From assembly GCA_008501825.1 (NCBI GenBank), contig QQUA01000026.1, positions 7,824-71,823 of the forward strand: a stretch of DNA of 64,000 nucleotides, in the 5' to 3' direction. Shown one piece after another: positions 8,723-20,066 of the stretch; position 1 is the stretch's first letter; every line of letters begins with the position of its first letter. Below the pieces are notes generated by a model. The model made no database searches and had not been told where the DNA came from. It saw nothing but the letters and a program-made list of their open reading frames with translations. The translations under genes were made by a program, and so were the position numbers. This DNA comes from Planctomycetota bacterium. GTDB lineage: Bacteria; Planctomycetota; UBA1135.

Positions 8723-11700
8723 TCAGTCCTCCAGCCAGGGAACGAGTCTGGCAAAATTCGGCTCCGGGCCAAGGTTCATGGTGGCCAGCAGCTCCAAAGG
8801 CATGGACGGCCAAAACCGAACGGATCCGTCTTGAAAAGCGACGGCCAGCCAATTTCCATCCGGGCTGAACTCCATCTTGTGAATCAAATCGGCATGGGCA
8901 CGGAACCGAACCGGTTGGTGGTTTGCGGAGCCGTACAACATGATCCAGCCTTCTTCATCCGCAGTGGCAAAGAGAGGCCCTTGGGAAGAAGGGTTGGCGG
9001 CAACGGAAATGATCCTGGCCACGTGGCCTGGAAAGTGTTTGGTCACCGTTTGTTTTCCCGGTTTTAAACCTCGAATCAGAGAAACTCGATTGGAGTAAGC
9101 GGAACCGATCATGGCCGAATCGTGAGCCGAATGGACCGCCAACTCGCCGCCCCAGAAACCGACGTCCAACTTCTTCCGCTCCGATCCATCCCGCTCCACC
9201 ACAAAAGCCTTGGTTTCCGGAGTTACACAAATGATTTCCCTTCCTTGAGGATCCAACCACGAGCAGGAAATGATGGGAACTTGAATTCGCCAATGTGGAA
9301 GGGATTTGACCTCGGCGAGCGGGCCGCTGGAACCGATTCTCCAAACGGCGACCCCATCCTTAGCGCAGTTTCCCAATACGTACTCACCGTCGCGGCTCAG
9401 CTCGATGCTTTCCACCAAGGCGTTTTCGAGGTAAAGCTCTCCTTGGATTTCTCCTGCTATGCAGTCCAGGATTTTGACTACGCCGGATTCACACAAAAGG
9501 AAGGCCCGGTGTCCCGGCTCATCCACTTGGATCGCCTCGATCTTGTCGGTGGTGAAATCCATGGACCGCAAAAGTCGCCCTCCGACCACCGAGAAAATTT
9601 GCAGCCTTCCACCCTCGTCGGCCAGCAACAACTTGCTTCCTGAATGGGTGATTCCGGCGGCTAGAATCGGAAACTTGCCGTCGCCATAAGTTTCGAGCGT
9701 GGTGCCATTCCTCCAGCTCCAGAGCCTTGCCGTCCCATCGCGGGAATGACTGAGCAAAGTGGATGGGTCGTCGCCGAATTGGAACCCGACCACGGCATCC
9801 TCGTGGCCTCGCAAATAGGGATGGGCGACGTGACTCACGGTCTCCAGGAGAAAAGCTACGCCCCGGTCGGTATTGGCCAGCAAGGAGGTCCCGCCCGGCA
9901 GCCACTGAACCCCTTGCTGGGCGAAACGATAGATAGGCAACTTTGCAGCAAGAAGCTGCTCGCGTTTCTGTGTATCCCAGATTTTCAAAAATCCACTATA
10001 ACCCACGGTTGCGAGCTCTTTTCCCGATGGGGAAAAGGAAAGGCCGACGATGGATCTTTTGCTTGCATTCGGAGGACTCCAAACCGTACTTCCATCGATG
10101 GCGTCAAGAAACAGGAAACAAGGCTGATTTCCGGACTCCTCCGGAGCAAATCCAACTCCAATCCAGTTTCCATCAGGAGCGATTTCGATATCGTGAATCC
10201 AGCGGCCGAATTCTTGCTTCCAGGAAATCCGATGCAGGTCGGAATGGACTCGAAACAATTCTCCTTCGCGGGTGCCGACGACCAGGAATTCCACCCCCTC
10301 GAAACTCGCCAGATCCGCTGAAGAAATCGCAGAACACTCCAGCGTTGAAGCCTGCTCCAGGCCGTCCTTGGTATTAAGTTTCCGGATTCTGCCAATCGGG
10401 TCTCCAGCTTTGAGGTATTCGATCCCCTCGAAAAGGAAAAGGGAATCCTCAGAGCCGTTGAACTTGGCACTCACGACTTTGGAACTTCCTGAAGCATGAA
10501 TGGATGTAGGAAGACCTGATTCCAAATCAAAAAGAAGCACTTCCCCCTCTTCGGAAGAGGCTGCCAACCAGCGGCCGGATGGGCTGAATTCGGTGGCCAA
10601 ATGGGGACCTTCCAGAGACAGCGATTTCTTTTTCGCTTCGCTGCCGCTGAAATCCCAAAGCAACCAACCCTTTCGTTGATCGACACTGACCAAGCTGGTT
10701 CCGGAAGGTGAAGCTGCCAAAGCTTCTAGCTGAAGTAGCTCCGCCGCAATTTTTTCGGTCGACCAGCGATCGGTCCGTACCCGTAGCAAATCTCCGGTTT
10801 CCCGCACACAGGCGAAAATCAGCGGGGCTTCCTTCGAGGCGCAAATTGAGGCCAAGGTTTGGTGGGTATCCAAAAACCGGCGGTTCTGGTGGTAAAGAGG
10901 CAAAACGGCCAATGCGGCGGAAGCAAATATGCTTTGATCTCCATCCTCGCCGGCTTCTCGTTTGGCCCGCTTCACGAGGTGAAGAGCGGTACGGGGAGAA
11001 TTTGCCGCAACCTCCTCACAAATGTCGGCCATTCGATAAGCTCGGAGCACCCTAGCCTCCTCTCGTGAAGCGTGAAAAAGCAGCCAAGTCACAATGGTGG
11101 TGATCAATAAGCCGACGACAAGGGCGCTGGCGGAAATGGAAATCTTCGGAAAACTAAAAATCCAGCGCACAAAATCGGAATAGACCAGGCTGGTTTCTTT
11201 TCGGACGCTCAACCCTCGCCGTACCCGCATCAAATCGGTTCTGAGACCATCCAGATTCTCGTAGCGATGGGAAGGGTCCCTGGCAATCGCCTTCAAGACC
11301 ACGTAAGCCAAATCGCTGGATACCTTCGGGTTATGAGTTTTGGGGTTTTTCGGTCTGCCAAATAAAATCCTTTCCCGGATCTCACCACTGTTGCCGCGCC
11401 CGAAGGCGGGCTGAAGGGTTAGGCATTCGTAAAGAACCAAGCCAAGGGAGAATTGATCGCTCTTCTCGGAAATGGATTTGGCATCCAAATAGTGTTCCGG
11501 GGACATATAAGCCGGCGTTCCGAAGACATCCCCGGTAATGGTCAGATGTTCTTCAAAGCCCTCAACGGTGGCTAATCCAAAATCCAGCACCACCGGATCC
11601 CCGTGTTCGCCGGCGACGATGTTTCCCGGCTTGATATCCCGATGGACAACTTTCAAGCGGTGGGCTTCCCCTATCGCCGTGGCCACTTTCTCGAAAAAGC

Positions 11701-12316
11701 GAAGCACCACCTGAATCTCCTCGAAACTGCGAGGAGGCAAGGGAAGCACGGAGTCTGGATTTTCACTGGGATCGGCTTCAGACAGAACCTGACGTAGGGA
11801 TCGCCCCGGCACGTAACTCATGGCGATATGAGGAGGGTCCGCCTCGAAATTTGCACTGATAAGAGAACACAACCCTGGGTGCTTCAACTTCGCAATGGCC
11901 GCCGCTTCTCGCTGAAATCTCTCCAGTTTCCGGAGAGGAGCTCCCCAGTTCCTGGCCCGGAGAACTTTTAGAGCCACAGCCTTTCCAGACTGGCTATCCA
12001 AAGCTAGGTAAACCTCCCCTTGAGCTCCTACGCCTAAAAGCTCTCGGAGTTCAAACCGGCCGATCCTGGTTCCCCGGAGAAAAATTCCACCGGGAAGCCT
12101 CTTTCTCTTTTCATATCCGGAAGCTTTCCAGAATGGTTGCCCGAGTGGTGGCCCGAATGACTCTCCGACTCCAGCATCCGAGCCGACGTACTTTCCCATG
12201 GCCCTGTCCAATCGATTGAACAAGGTCGAAGTCGATTCGTAAAATTTTTCCTGATTCATTCGACGACGAAAATTTGAATCTATTGCCGTCGAATCTAATA
12301 TACCACTGATTACCAC
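8723..12316 (-). CDS. Ser/Thr protein kinase with one TM segment and C-terminal WD40 beta-propeller repeats
   Basis: Hanks kinase motifs: GVGAQGEVY...VALK, HRDIKPGNI, VLDFGLA, GTPAYMSPE. TM segment ALVVGLLITTIVTWLLF. WD40-type repeats follow: FSPSGRWLAASSEEGEVLLFD, FSPSGKELATVGYSGFLKIWD, SRDGTARLWSW, FSPDGNWLAVAFQDGSVRFW. GTG start at 12316, with an alternative ATG at 12259. Confidence 0.85.
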   Translation of the reverse strand: MVISGILDSTAIDSNFRRRMNQEKFYESTSTLFNRLDRAMGKYVGSDAGVGESFGPPLGQPFWKASGYEKRKRLPGGIFLRGTRIGRFELRELLGVGAQGEVYLALDSQSGKAVALKVLRARNWGAPLRKLERFQREAAAIAKLKHPGLCSLISANFEADPPHIAMSYVPGRSLRQVLSEADPSENPDSVLPLPPRSFEEIQVVLRFFEKVATAIGEAHRLKVVHRDIKPGNIVAGEHGDPVVLDFGLATVEGFEEHLTITGDVFGTPAYMSPEHYLDAKSISEKSDQFSLGLVLYECLTLQPAFGRGNSGEIRERILFGRPKNPKTHNPKVSSDLAYVVLKAIARDPSHRYENLDGLRTDLMRVRRGLSVRKETSLVYSDFVRWIFSFPKISISASALVVGLLITTIVTWLLFHASREEARVLRAYRMADICEEVAANSPRTALHLVKRAKREAGEDGDQSIFASAALAVLPLYHQNRRFLDTHQTLASICASKEAPLIFACVRETGDLLRVRTDRWSTEKIAAELLQLEALAASPSGTSLVSVDQRKGWLLWDFSGSEAKKKSLSLEGPHLATEFSPSGRWLAASSEEGEVLLFDLESGLPTSIHASGSSKVVSAKFNGSEDSLFLFEGIEYLKAGDPIGRIRKLNTKDGLEQASTLECSAISSADLASFEGVEFLVVGTREGELFRVHSDLHRISWKQEFGRWIHDIEIAPDGNWIGVGFAPEESGNQPCFLFLDAIDGSTVWSPPNASKRSIVGLSFSPSGKELATVGYSGFLKIWDTQKREQLLAAKLPIYRFAQQGVQWLPGGTSLLANTDRGVAFLLETVSHVAHPYLRGHEDAVVGFQFGDDPSTLLSHSRDGTARLWSWRNGTTLETYGDGKFPILAAGITHSGSKLLLADEGGRLQIFSVVGGRLLRSMDFTTDKIEAIQVDEPGHRAFLLCESGVVKILDCIAGEIQGELYLENALVESIELSRDGEYVLGNCAKDGVAVWRIGSSGPLAEVKSLPHWRIQVPIISCSWLDPQGREIICVTPETKAFVVERDGSERKKLDVGFWGGELAVHSAHDSAMIGSAYSNRVSLIRGLKPGKQTVTKHFPGHVARIISVAANPSSQGPLFATADEEGWIMLYGSANHQPVRFRAHADLIHKMEFSPDGNWLAVAFQDGSVRFWPSMPLELLATMNLGPEPNFARLVPWLED

Positions 12317-12369
12317 GAGTGCAGGATTTCGTTACCCCCTCACCCAAGGACCGCCCTCATGAAGAGGGC

Positions 12370-15330
12370 CTAATTGGGAGGCACCCATCCCGGATCGGAG
12401 GTTAATACCAGTTTGTCCACATCGACGTCTCCGAACCTCGGCATCAAAAGAATTTCATGGGAACCCTCGCCAAGATTCTTGAGTTTCAGCGGATATTGGG
12501 TATTCCCACGATCCAGTCTCAACCACACGAAAGAGGCGGATGAAAAGGATTGACTCAAAGCAGTTGCCGTTCCATCCAGGGAGACGGCCATCCTGGCTCC
12601 GGTTCCCGAGTTGAGGCGGCACCGAACCCAGACAAAGTAGTCCAACATATCCAAATTCCTGATTTCAAATTGAAAGGACAAACCCTGCCTTGTCCCTCGA
12701 TTCTGAGCTGCCAGGTTTCCAGGGTTAGTCGGGGGAGGTAGCGGGAAATTCACGAAGGTTTCCACTTGAGAGAAGTCGCCCGCAACCGCCGGAGCCGTAG
12801 TTTTGGTTTCATAGGGGAAATCTCCCATGACGGCATCAAACAGTTCAGCCTCTAGAACGAAATCTTGGCTCCACCGGAAAGGGTGGATCGCCTGATGCCA
12901 CTCGTCGAGCCAAAGTACGACGGGATGATCCGGATCCGTACGATCCAAAAGGTAGGTCGAGCCTTGCCTCCTGATTCCGAATCGATATCTTTCGCCGTCT
13001 AGGTCAATTTCAGCCACGTCCTGTAGTGGAGTATTTCCCATTTTGTTCGAATCCGGCTGAATGGTTCCAGTGATCAAGTATCGATCGGACTGGTTTGCTT
13101 TCCGCACAACGATGTATCGATTGGCCCTACCGCCCCAAAACGAGTACCCCGAAGTTCCATTCCAATTGAGGGGATCCAAGGGAACGTCCCCTTCCATCAA
13201 GGTGGAATCCCAAAACATGTCCGGGAAGCGAGTCAAAACCGCCTGAGCATAGCTGGGCATGACCACCTGCCAGCACCATGAAGACGGCAGAGGAAGAGGC
13301 TGAGAGATATTGAAAAAACCCGTATAGAAAAATTCCGACCCGTACAAACCCAAAACTTTGAGCAAGCCCAGCCACTGTGCCGGTCGAACATTCCTTTCCG
13401 GCTCCACGTCCCAGCCGGCAGCCACGAACGGGGAGCGAAATTCATCTCCTAGGGATAGTTCGATGGCCAGACAATCTCGCATCCACTGCATCCCATGCCA
13501 TGGGCCCTCCCAAAAACGCCAATTGCGGGGCCAACGCGGGTAGAAGTCCGGAGTGGGATAGTATTGACCATCGATCTGGTGTCCAGTTTCTCGAAACTGT
13601 TCATAGCGGAAGCGGCTCAAAGGCCCACCATCCACCGCGTACATGGAGTACAGAGTCTCTCCCAAGCCATGCAGGGTCGAGTAGTTGTCGTTCATGAAAT
13701 GATCGCGGTATTGATTGTAAAAGGAGGCTGCACGCTCCGATTGATAGCTCAAGAAGCTGGTTTCTCCGGAGGATTGCTGCCAGGCTTGGAAATCTGCCGC
13801 CAGGGTTGGATCGGCGCTGGCTGCACAAATCCCAACTGGCAACCTCATTTCGCCATTTTCGTTTACCAAATCGATCGGCCGATTCAAGTAGGACAGCAGC
13901 TCCCCCATGTAAAACTTTTGCGTAAGGCCGTCTTCGTCATAAAGGACATTGTCTCCTGCCGGAGACCAATAAGGAATCGAGCTGGAATAGCACAAATCAG
14001 TTATGTAACTTCCAGCCAAGTCTGCTAACGCATTGGATGGAGGAATGTAGCCGGTTAAGCCCCGGGGCCTCCCGCCTGAAAAACCGGCGTCCGCCAACCA
14101 AACCTGGGGATACAAGGTCGTTGCACATATCGGCCATTCAGGGTGGTCGTTGGCCATTTGAACCCATCTTGCCTCGGGATGTCGGTTAATATCGGAAGGA
14201 TCATAATTTCGAAAAGTGGCCGCAGTGTTTTCCGTAACGCAGAGGTAGTAGTTATAGGTCTCCACCAAATCTCTCTGAATCATCTCGGAATGATCGACGC
14301 AATCCTGATAGGAGGCGACCGGACACGAACTCAAGAACTTGATTCCAAACCAGGGATAATTCGGACGGAAGCCATGACCTGGCTTGTAACGGGGGCCCGG
14401 AAAGCGGAGCAATTGCTCCACCGGGTCGGCGTCATACTGCTGATCCTTCCCCGGAATTCCGTCCACAAAACCGGGCGCGTATTCCAGCACATCGACCTGC
14501 CCCTCCACATCGGAAGGAGGCGGCGGCACCAACCCCTGGTCGATAAAGGTGTAATGATTGCCGGCTTGGACCTCCTGCCAGTGCTGATAGATCAAGCTGT
14601 CCGGAATTACTTGTTCATAAAAAGCGATTTCATCAAAATCTCCATCCGGCGTATCGGCAAGATTATCGTCGCCGAACCAGAAATAGGTCGAAGGGGATGG
14701 AACTCCCGGCTGCCTTGTAGCTCGAAACCCGGGAGGGCAAAGGCCGTCAACAAAAACCGCCATTTCGCCGGTGGAACTGTCGTAGCTGAATACGAGATGA
14801 TGCCAAAGTCCGTCAACGTAGTAGGCATAAGATTTTCGATCGATTCCATCCAGCAAAATGTCGATTGCATTCACCCGGCCGGTGGAGGTCGTCACGGTGA
14901 AATTCAGGGAAGCGGGAAAAGATCCTCCGACCGCCGACAACCGGGTACTCAAGGCCCAGTTGCTGGTCGTGAAGAGGGTTGCATGGCGCAATCGATGGAT
15001 TCGATCACCCGCCCGGAACAGGAATTCAATGGTGAAATCGCCGCTCAGGAAATTGTCTCCCGCCCAGACTTGGCAATCCTGATTTCCTGCGGTTTTGATC
15101 CGGGAGGCGAACCCGACCATCCCGGGAGTGATTTCGTAGTCGCAGCCCCCGAAGGCTTGATAGTTCAAATCATGGGATCCGATCCTGGGTGAATCCGGGA
15201 TGTGATTGCCAAGACCATCGTACTCGTCCATGGTCCAATAGGATCTTGGCAAATAAGTTCCCTGAGAGAACAGCGAGTCTCCGGCAACGAAAGAGACCAA
15301 GACAGAAACGGCCGCAAGCAGTTTTTTCAT
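12370..15330 (-). CDS. secreted LamG/concanavalin-A-like domain protein with a large unassigned core and a CBM-like C-terminal domain
   Basis: Signal peptide MKKLLAAVSVLVSFVAGDSLFSQ. N-terminal Laminin_G_3-like region (FTIEFLFRAG...WHHLVFSYDSSTGEMAVFVDG...DFDEIAFYEQVIPDSLI). The C-terminal ~130 aa are jelly-roll-like. The middle ~600 aa are not recognised. Confidence 0.65.
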   Translation of the reverse strand: MKKLLAAVSVLVSFVAGDSLFSQGTYLPRSYWTMDEYDGLGNHIPDSPRIGSHDLNYQAFGGCDYEITPGMVGFASRIKTAGNQDCQVWAGDNFLSGDFTIEFLFRAGDRIHRLRHATLFTTSNWALSTRLSAVGGSFPASLNFTVTTSTGRVNAIDILLDGIDRKSYAYYVDGLWHHLVFSYDSSTGEMAVFVDGLCPPGFRATRQPGVPSPSTYFWFGDDNLADTPDGDFDEIAFYEQVIPDSLIYQHWQEVQAGNHYTFIDQGLVPPPPSDVEGQVDVLEYAPGFVDGIPGKDQQYDADPVEQLLRFPGPRYKPGHGFRPNYPWFGIKFLSSCPVASYQDCVDHSEMIQRDLVETYNYYLCVTENTAATFRNYDPSDINRHPEARWVQMANDHPEWPICATTLYPQVWLADAGFSGGRPRGLTGYIPPSNALADLAGSYITDLCYSSSIPYWSPAGDNVLYDEDGLTQKFYMGELLSYLNRPIDLVNENGEMRLPVGICAASADPTLAADFQAWQQSSGETSFLSYQSERAASFYNQYRDHFMNDNYSTLHGLGETLYSMYAVDGGPLSRFRYEQFRETGHQIDGQYYPTPDFYPRWPRNWRFWEGPWHGMQWMRDCLAIELSLGDEFRSPFVAAGWDVEPERNVRPAQWLGLLKVLGLYGSEFFYTGFFNISQPLPLPSSWCWQVVMPSYAQAVLTRFPDMFWDSTLMEGDVPLDPLNWNGTSGYSFWGGRANRYIVVRKANQSDRYLITGTIQPDSNKMGNTPLQDVAEIDLDGERYRFGIRRQGSTYLLDRTDPDHPVVLWLDEWHQAIHPFRWSQDFVLEAELFDAVMGDFPYETKTTAPAVAGDFSQVETFVNFPLPPPTNPGNLAAQNRGTRQGLSFQFEIRNLDMLDYFVWVRCRLNSGTGARMAVSLDGTATALSQSFSSASFVWLRLDRGNTQYPLKLKNLGEGSHEILLMPRFGDVDVDKLVLTSDPGWVPPN

Positions 15331-15553
15331 CTTTGGTTAGGGCATCATTCCGATTGGATGCCGGAAAACTACTCGTTACCGGCTTGTATTTCATTGCTGA
15401 CAACACACCCTTCGAAACAGACCGAAAATTTGCTTCAAGTCCAAATTTCAACGTTGGTTAATTTGAGAAATTTCGGATTTCCTGTCTGAACCGGTGCCCT
15501 TGGATTCAGAAAGGGATGAAGGGCCGAAATTCCCCGATAGCCCAAAATTGACC

Positions 15554-16510
15554 ATGCTCACTTCATTCCTCTTAGCCATCAGCCCGCTTGCTTCCCTGGC
15601 TGCGGCCCCGCAGGGCAGCCATTTCTTTGAGCCTGAACCGGCCATCACCACCCTTCAACTCAGGGGAAATTCTCCGACCCACGGTCCGATTACCGGCTTG
15701 AACGGATCTCCGATTTCATTGGATGGCATTCTCGAAATCTTTCTGAATCCCGGCAGTGGCCCGCCTTGGACCGAAGGTCAATTTGAAAGTGCCAGACTCT
15801 ACACCATCCCCAATGAAATCCTGGCCATCGTCGAAGATCCCGGCGGCGGGCCGCCATTGGTGAGCATTACGATTCGGGATTTGTCTCTATCCCTGAGTTC
15901 GGATCCATTTGACATCGAACCGACCAATGGCGAATACCAGGACGTAGACGTCGAGGTCGAGTTCGTTCACGGCACCGCCATCATCGATGAACCGGGAATT
16001 GGCATAACCCAGATTCCCCTGGCCGGCCATCCCACCCATTCTTCTTGGGTTACCGAAGCCACCATAGACATGTTCTCTCCACCAAACATTGGTTTCGAAC
16101 TTCCCTTGGAACTGTACGTACCGCTGAACACCGGCACTTTCGTCGGCGATTTAATTTTAGACGGAACCTTGAACAGCAGTCATGACCTCAACTTTCCCCC
16201 TGCGGTTCTTGAAATATCGCCCATCCACGCCGGCCAAACCGCCAGCGTCCAGGTTTCCGGGGCCATCCCCAATCAATCCTTTTGGCTTGGATCCAGCCTG
16301 CTGGGACCCGGTTCGACTTTCGTCCCAAGCCTCGGAGTATTCAGCGACATCTTGTTACCCAACAATCTGATCGGTCCCCTGACTACCGACTCTTCCGGAA
16401 ACTTGACCATTCAATACTCGGTGCCCCTTTCGAGTCAGGGCACCACGGTTTGGCTTCAAGGCGGGCAGGTCGGATTTAAGACCCATGCCTTGGTCGTGAC
16501 TGTTCAGTAA
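15554..16510 (+). CDS. secreted hypothetical protein, tandem paralog 1 (carries the shared C-terminal module)
   Basis: ORF 15494..16510. The ATG at 15554 gives signal peptide MLTSFLLAISPLASLAAAP. Collinear similarity to the next gene (SITIRDLSLSLSSDPFDIEPTNGEYQDVDVEVEFVHGTAIIDEPG versus LTVTLTDMVFDLNTQIFDLDPGTGEFEDIDIERAFLHGTALVEEPG). Confidence 0.7.
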   Translation: MLTSFLLAISPLASLAAAPQGSHFFEPEPAITTLQLRGNSPTHGPITGLNGSPISLDGILEIFLNPGSGPPWTEGQFESARLYTIPNEILAIVEDPGGGPPLVSITIRDLSLSLSSDPFDIEPTNGEYQDVDVEVEFVHGTAIIDEPGIGITQIPLAGHPTHSSWVTEATIDMFSPPNIGFELPLELYVPLNTGTFVGDLILDGTLNSSHDLNFPPAVLEISPIHAGQTASVQVSGAIPNQSFWLGSSLLGPGSTFVPSLGVFSDILLPNNLIGPLTTDSSGNLTIQYSVPLSSQGTTVWLQGGQVGFKTHALVVTVQ

Positions 16511-16553
16511 CAACCGTTCCACCAATCCCAGCGGCAATAACCTCACCAAAACC

Positions 16554-17513
16554 ATGAATCCCCGAAAATTCTTGACCCCGCTCCCCCTGCTCTTCCTGGT
16601 CACTTTAACTCCGACTGGGTTGGCGCAAGATGATTTCGTCTTCCACCAGAGTGCGTTTGATTCGCCCTACTGGGCCGATGGCACCTCCAACCTCGGCGAT
16701 TTCAGTCGAGTGCGAACCGAGTTCGACGGCATTTTCCAGGTTCGCTTCTTCCCCGGAGGTGGCGTTTTCGATCAGGCGCAAATCCTAGGTGGCCATTGTT
16801 ACGACAACTCCGGCCAAATCGTTTTGGAAGTGCCGAACCCATCCGGTTCTCCTTTTCTCACCGTAACTCTGACGGATATGGTATTCGACCTGAACACACA
16901 GATCTTCGATCTTGATCCCGGAACCGGTGAATTTGAAGACATCGACATCGAACGTGCATTCTTACATGGCACCGCCCTGGTCGAAGAGCCGGGTCAAAGT
17001 CCCGTCCTCATCGAATTGGACAGCCTTTCCATTCCCACCTTCCATCTTCGGGACCAGGGACACATCGATTACTATTCCGGAGCTCCGGATTTGATCTTCG
17101 AAGTTCCAATTGAAATTGAAATCCCGATTCAAACTCCGACCGTTACCGCGAACATACTCCTTCGTGGTTCGAACTTCGGCTCCAATCTTCATAACACGCC
17201 GCAACCCCTTCTCACGGTCAGTTCGGTTCAGGCCGGAATGGTTTCCATCGCAACGGTCAAATCCGCGGCTCCGAACTCGGTAACTTGGCTGGGTTTCTCC
17301 AAAGCCGGCCTGGGCTCGGAATTCATTCCGCAACTCGGCTTTCACGTCGACCTCATCGCTCCCGAACAAGCGGGACAAGCCAAAATGACCAATAACACCG
17401 GCGGTGTAAGTTGGACCATTACCGTGCCTCCCGGCCTTCTTGGAGACACCCTCTGGATTCAAGCCGTGCAACTTAGCGGGAAGACCAATGTGGTCATTGA
17501 TACCGTGAAGTAA
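16554..17513 (+). CDS. secreted hypothetical protein, tandem paralog 2 (carries the shared C-terminal module)
   Basis: Signal peptide MNPRKFLTPLPLLFLVTLTPTGLAQ. Paralogous to 15554..16510 over its whole length. Confidence 0.7.
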   Translation: MNPRKFLTPLPLLFLVTLTPTGLAQDDFVFHQSAFDSPYWADGTSNLGDFSRVRTEFDGIFQVRFFPGGGVFDQAQILGGHCYDNSGQIVLEVPNPSGSPFLTVTLTDMVFDLNTQIFDLDPGTGEFEDIDIERAFLHGTALVEEPGQSPVLIELDSLSIPTFHLRDQGHIDYYSGAPDLIFEVPIEIEIPIQTPTVTANILLRGSNFGSNLHNTPQPLLTVSSVQAGMVSIATVKSAAPNSVTWLGFSKAGLGSEFIPQLGFHVDLIAPEQAGQAKMTNNTGGVSWTITVPPGLLGDTLWIQAVQLSGKTNVVIDTVK

Positions 17514-17532
17514 GCGAGGGATTCGATGTCGG

Positions 17533-17572
17533 AGCCCGCCCTCCTGGTTCAGGGGGGCGGGGTTTTCTTTCT
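17533..17572 (+). terminator. intrinsic terminator after the tandem paralogs
   Basis: cccgccctcc / gggggcggg stem (17535-17544 / 17552-17561), 7-nt loop, then gttttctttctt. Confidence 0.65.
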
Positions 17573-17701
17573 TCCTCGATATAGCCTCCCAAGCCCAAGC
17601 CACCGGACTGCATGCAGCCATCCAGATCGGCCTGCTTGGACCTTGGACCAAGCTCAACTTCTTTGGGCACCGTTTCCGGCGGCGCTAAGCTTGGCGCCGA
17701 A

Positions 17702-19437
<1,736 letters not shown>

Positions 19438-19438
<1 letters not shown>

Positions 19439-20046
19439 TGGAAATCGATGCAGTCGAGTTAATTGCCCGTCCCACCGAAGACGGTCAGGGTTGGGATCTC
19501 ATGGCCCCGGCGGTGGGCCTGTTCGCCTTGGCCCCGGACTTGGGCAATCGCCGAGGTCCAGGGGAACAAGCCGGCGTCCTGGTGGTCCTGGGTCGAGTGT
19601 TTCGCCTTTACCTGCCGGAAGGAGTCGGCGGTTACGTGGCCACGCCGCCGCCGGAACGGCGCCATTTACCGGTGGGACACGGAACCGTGCTGTTTCAAAT
19701 CCATCGCGAATCGGAAGCCGGCGCCTTACCGGAAATCGGGGCATCCGGCGGCATGGGAACCGGGGTGGAAGGGTTGTGCCAATGCGCCGCCCAAGCAGGT
19801 CGCTTTTATCGCCGGCCCGAACCCCAAGCGCCTACTTATGTTCAGGAGGGCGATGAAGTGCAAGCCGGCCGCACCATCGGCCTGATCGAGGTCATGAAAA
19901 CCTTCACCCCCATTCGCTACGAACCCGGCAACCATTTGCCGAATCCAGCCCGCATCGTGCGGTTTTTCGTAGACGACGGCGGAGACGTAGAAGAGGGTCA
20001 AGCCTTGGTGGAAGTTCAGCCCTTGGAGGCAGAACGCGGCACTTAA
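19438..20046 (+). CDS. biotin carboxyl carrier protein-like (biotinyl domain) with an extra N-terminal lipoyl-like half
   Basis: C-terminal biotinyl domain with GRTIGLIEVMKTF (E-[AV]-M-K attachment motif). The ATG at 19438 overlaps the TGA of the CT gene (TGATG). Confidence 0.75.
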
Positions 20047-20066
20047 TCGCCGGCCTTCTTCCTCCC

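Noticed and set aside
8700-17500. Impression that several blocks (about 8.7-17.5 kb, 29.5-34.9 kb, 46-50.5 kb) are lower in GC than the housekeeping genes, suggesting horizontally acquired islands.
   Set aside because: I cannot compute GC content or codon usage here. No integrase, transposase, tRNA or direct-repeat boundaries are visible. Secreted and signalling genes often differ in composition anyway. A sliding-window GC/GC3 and codon-adaptation plot would settle it.
17660-17701. Palindrome ggcgc-taagcttg-gcgcc immediately upstream of the carboxyltransferase ATG, considered as a regulatory hairpin.
   Set aside because: The stem is short (5 bp), with no conserved context or U-run. It is likely fortuitous.
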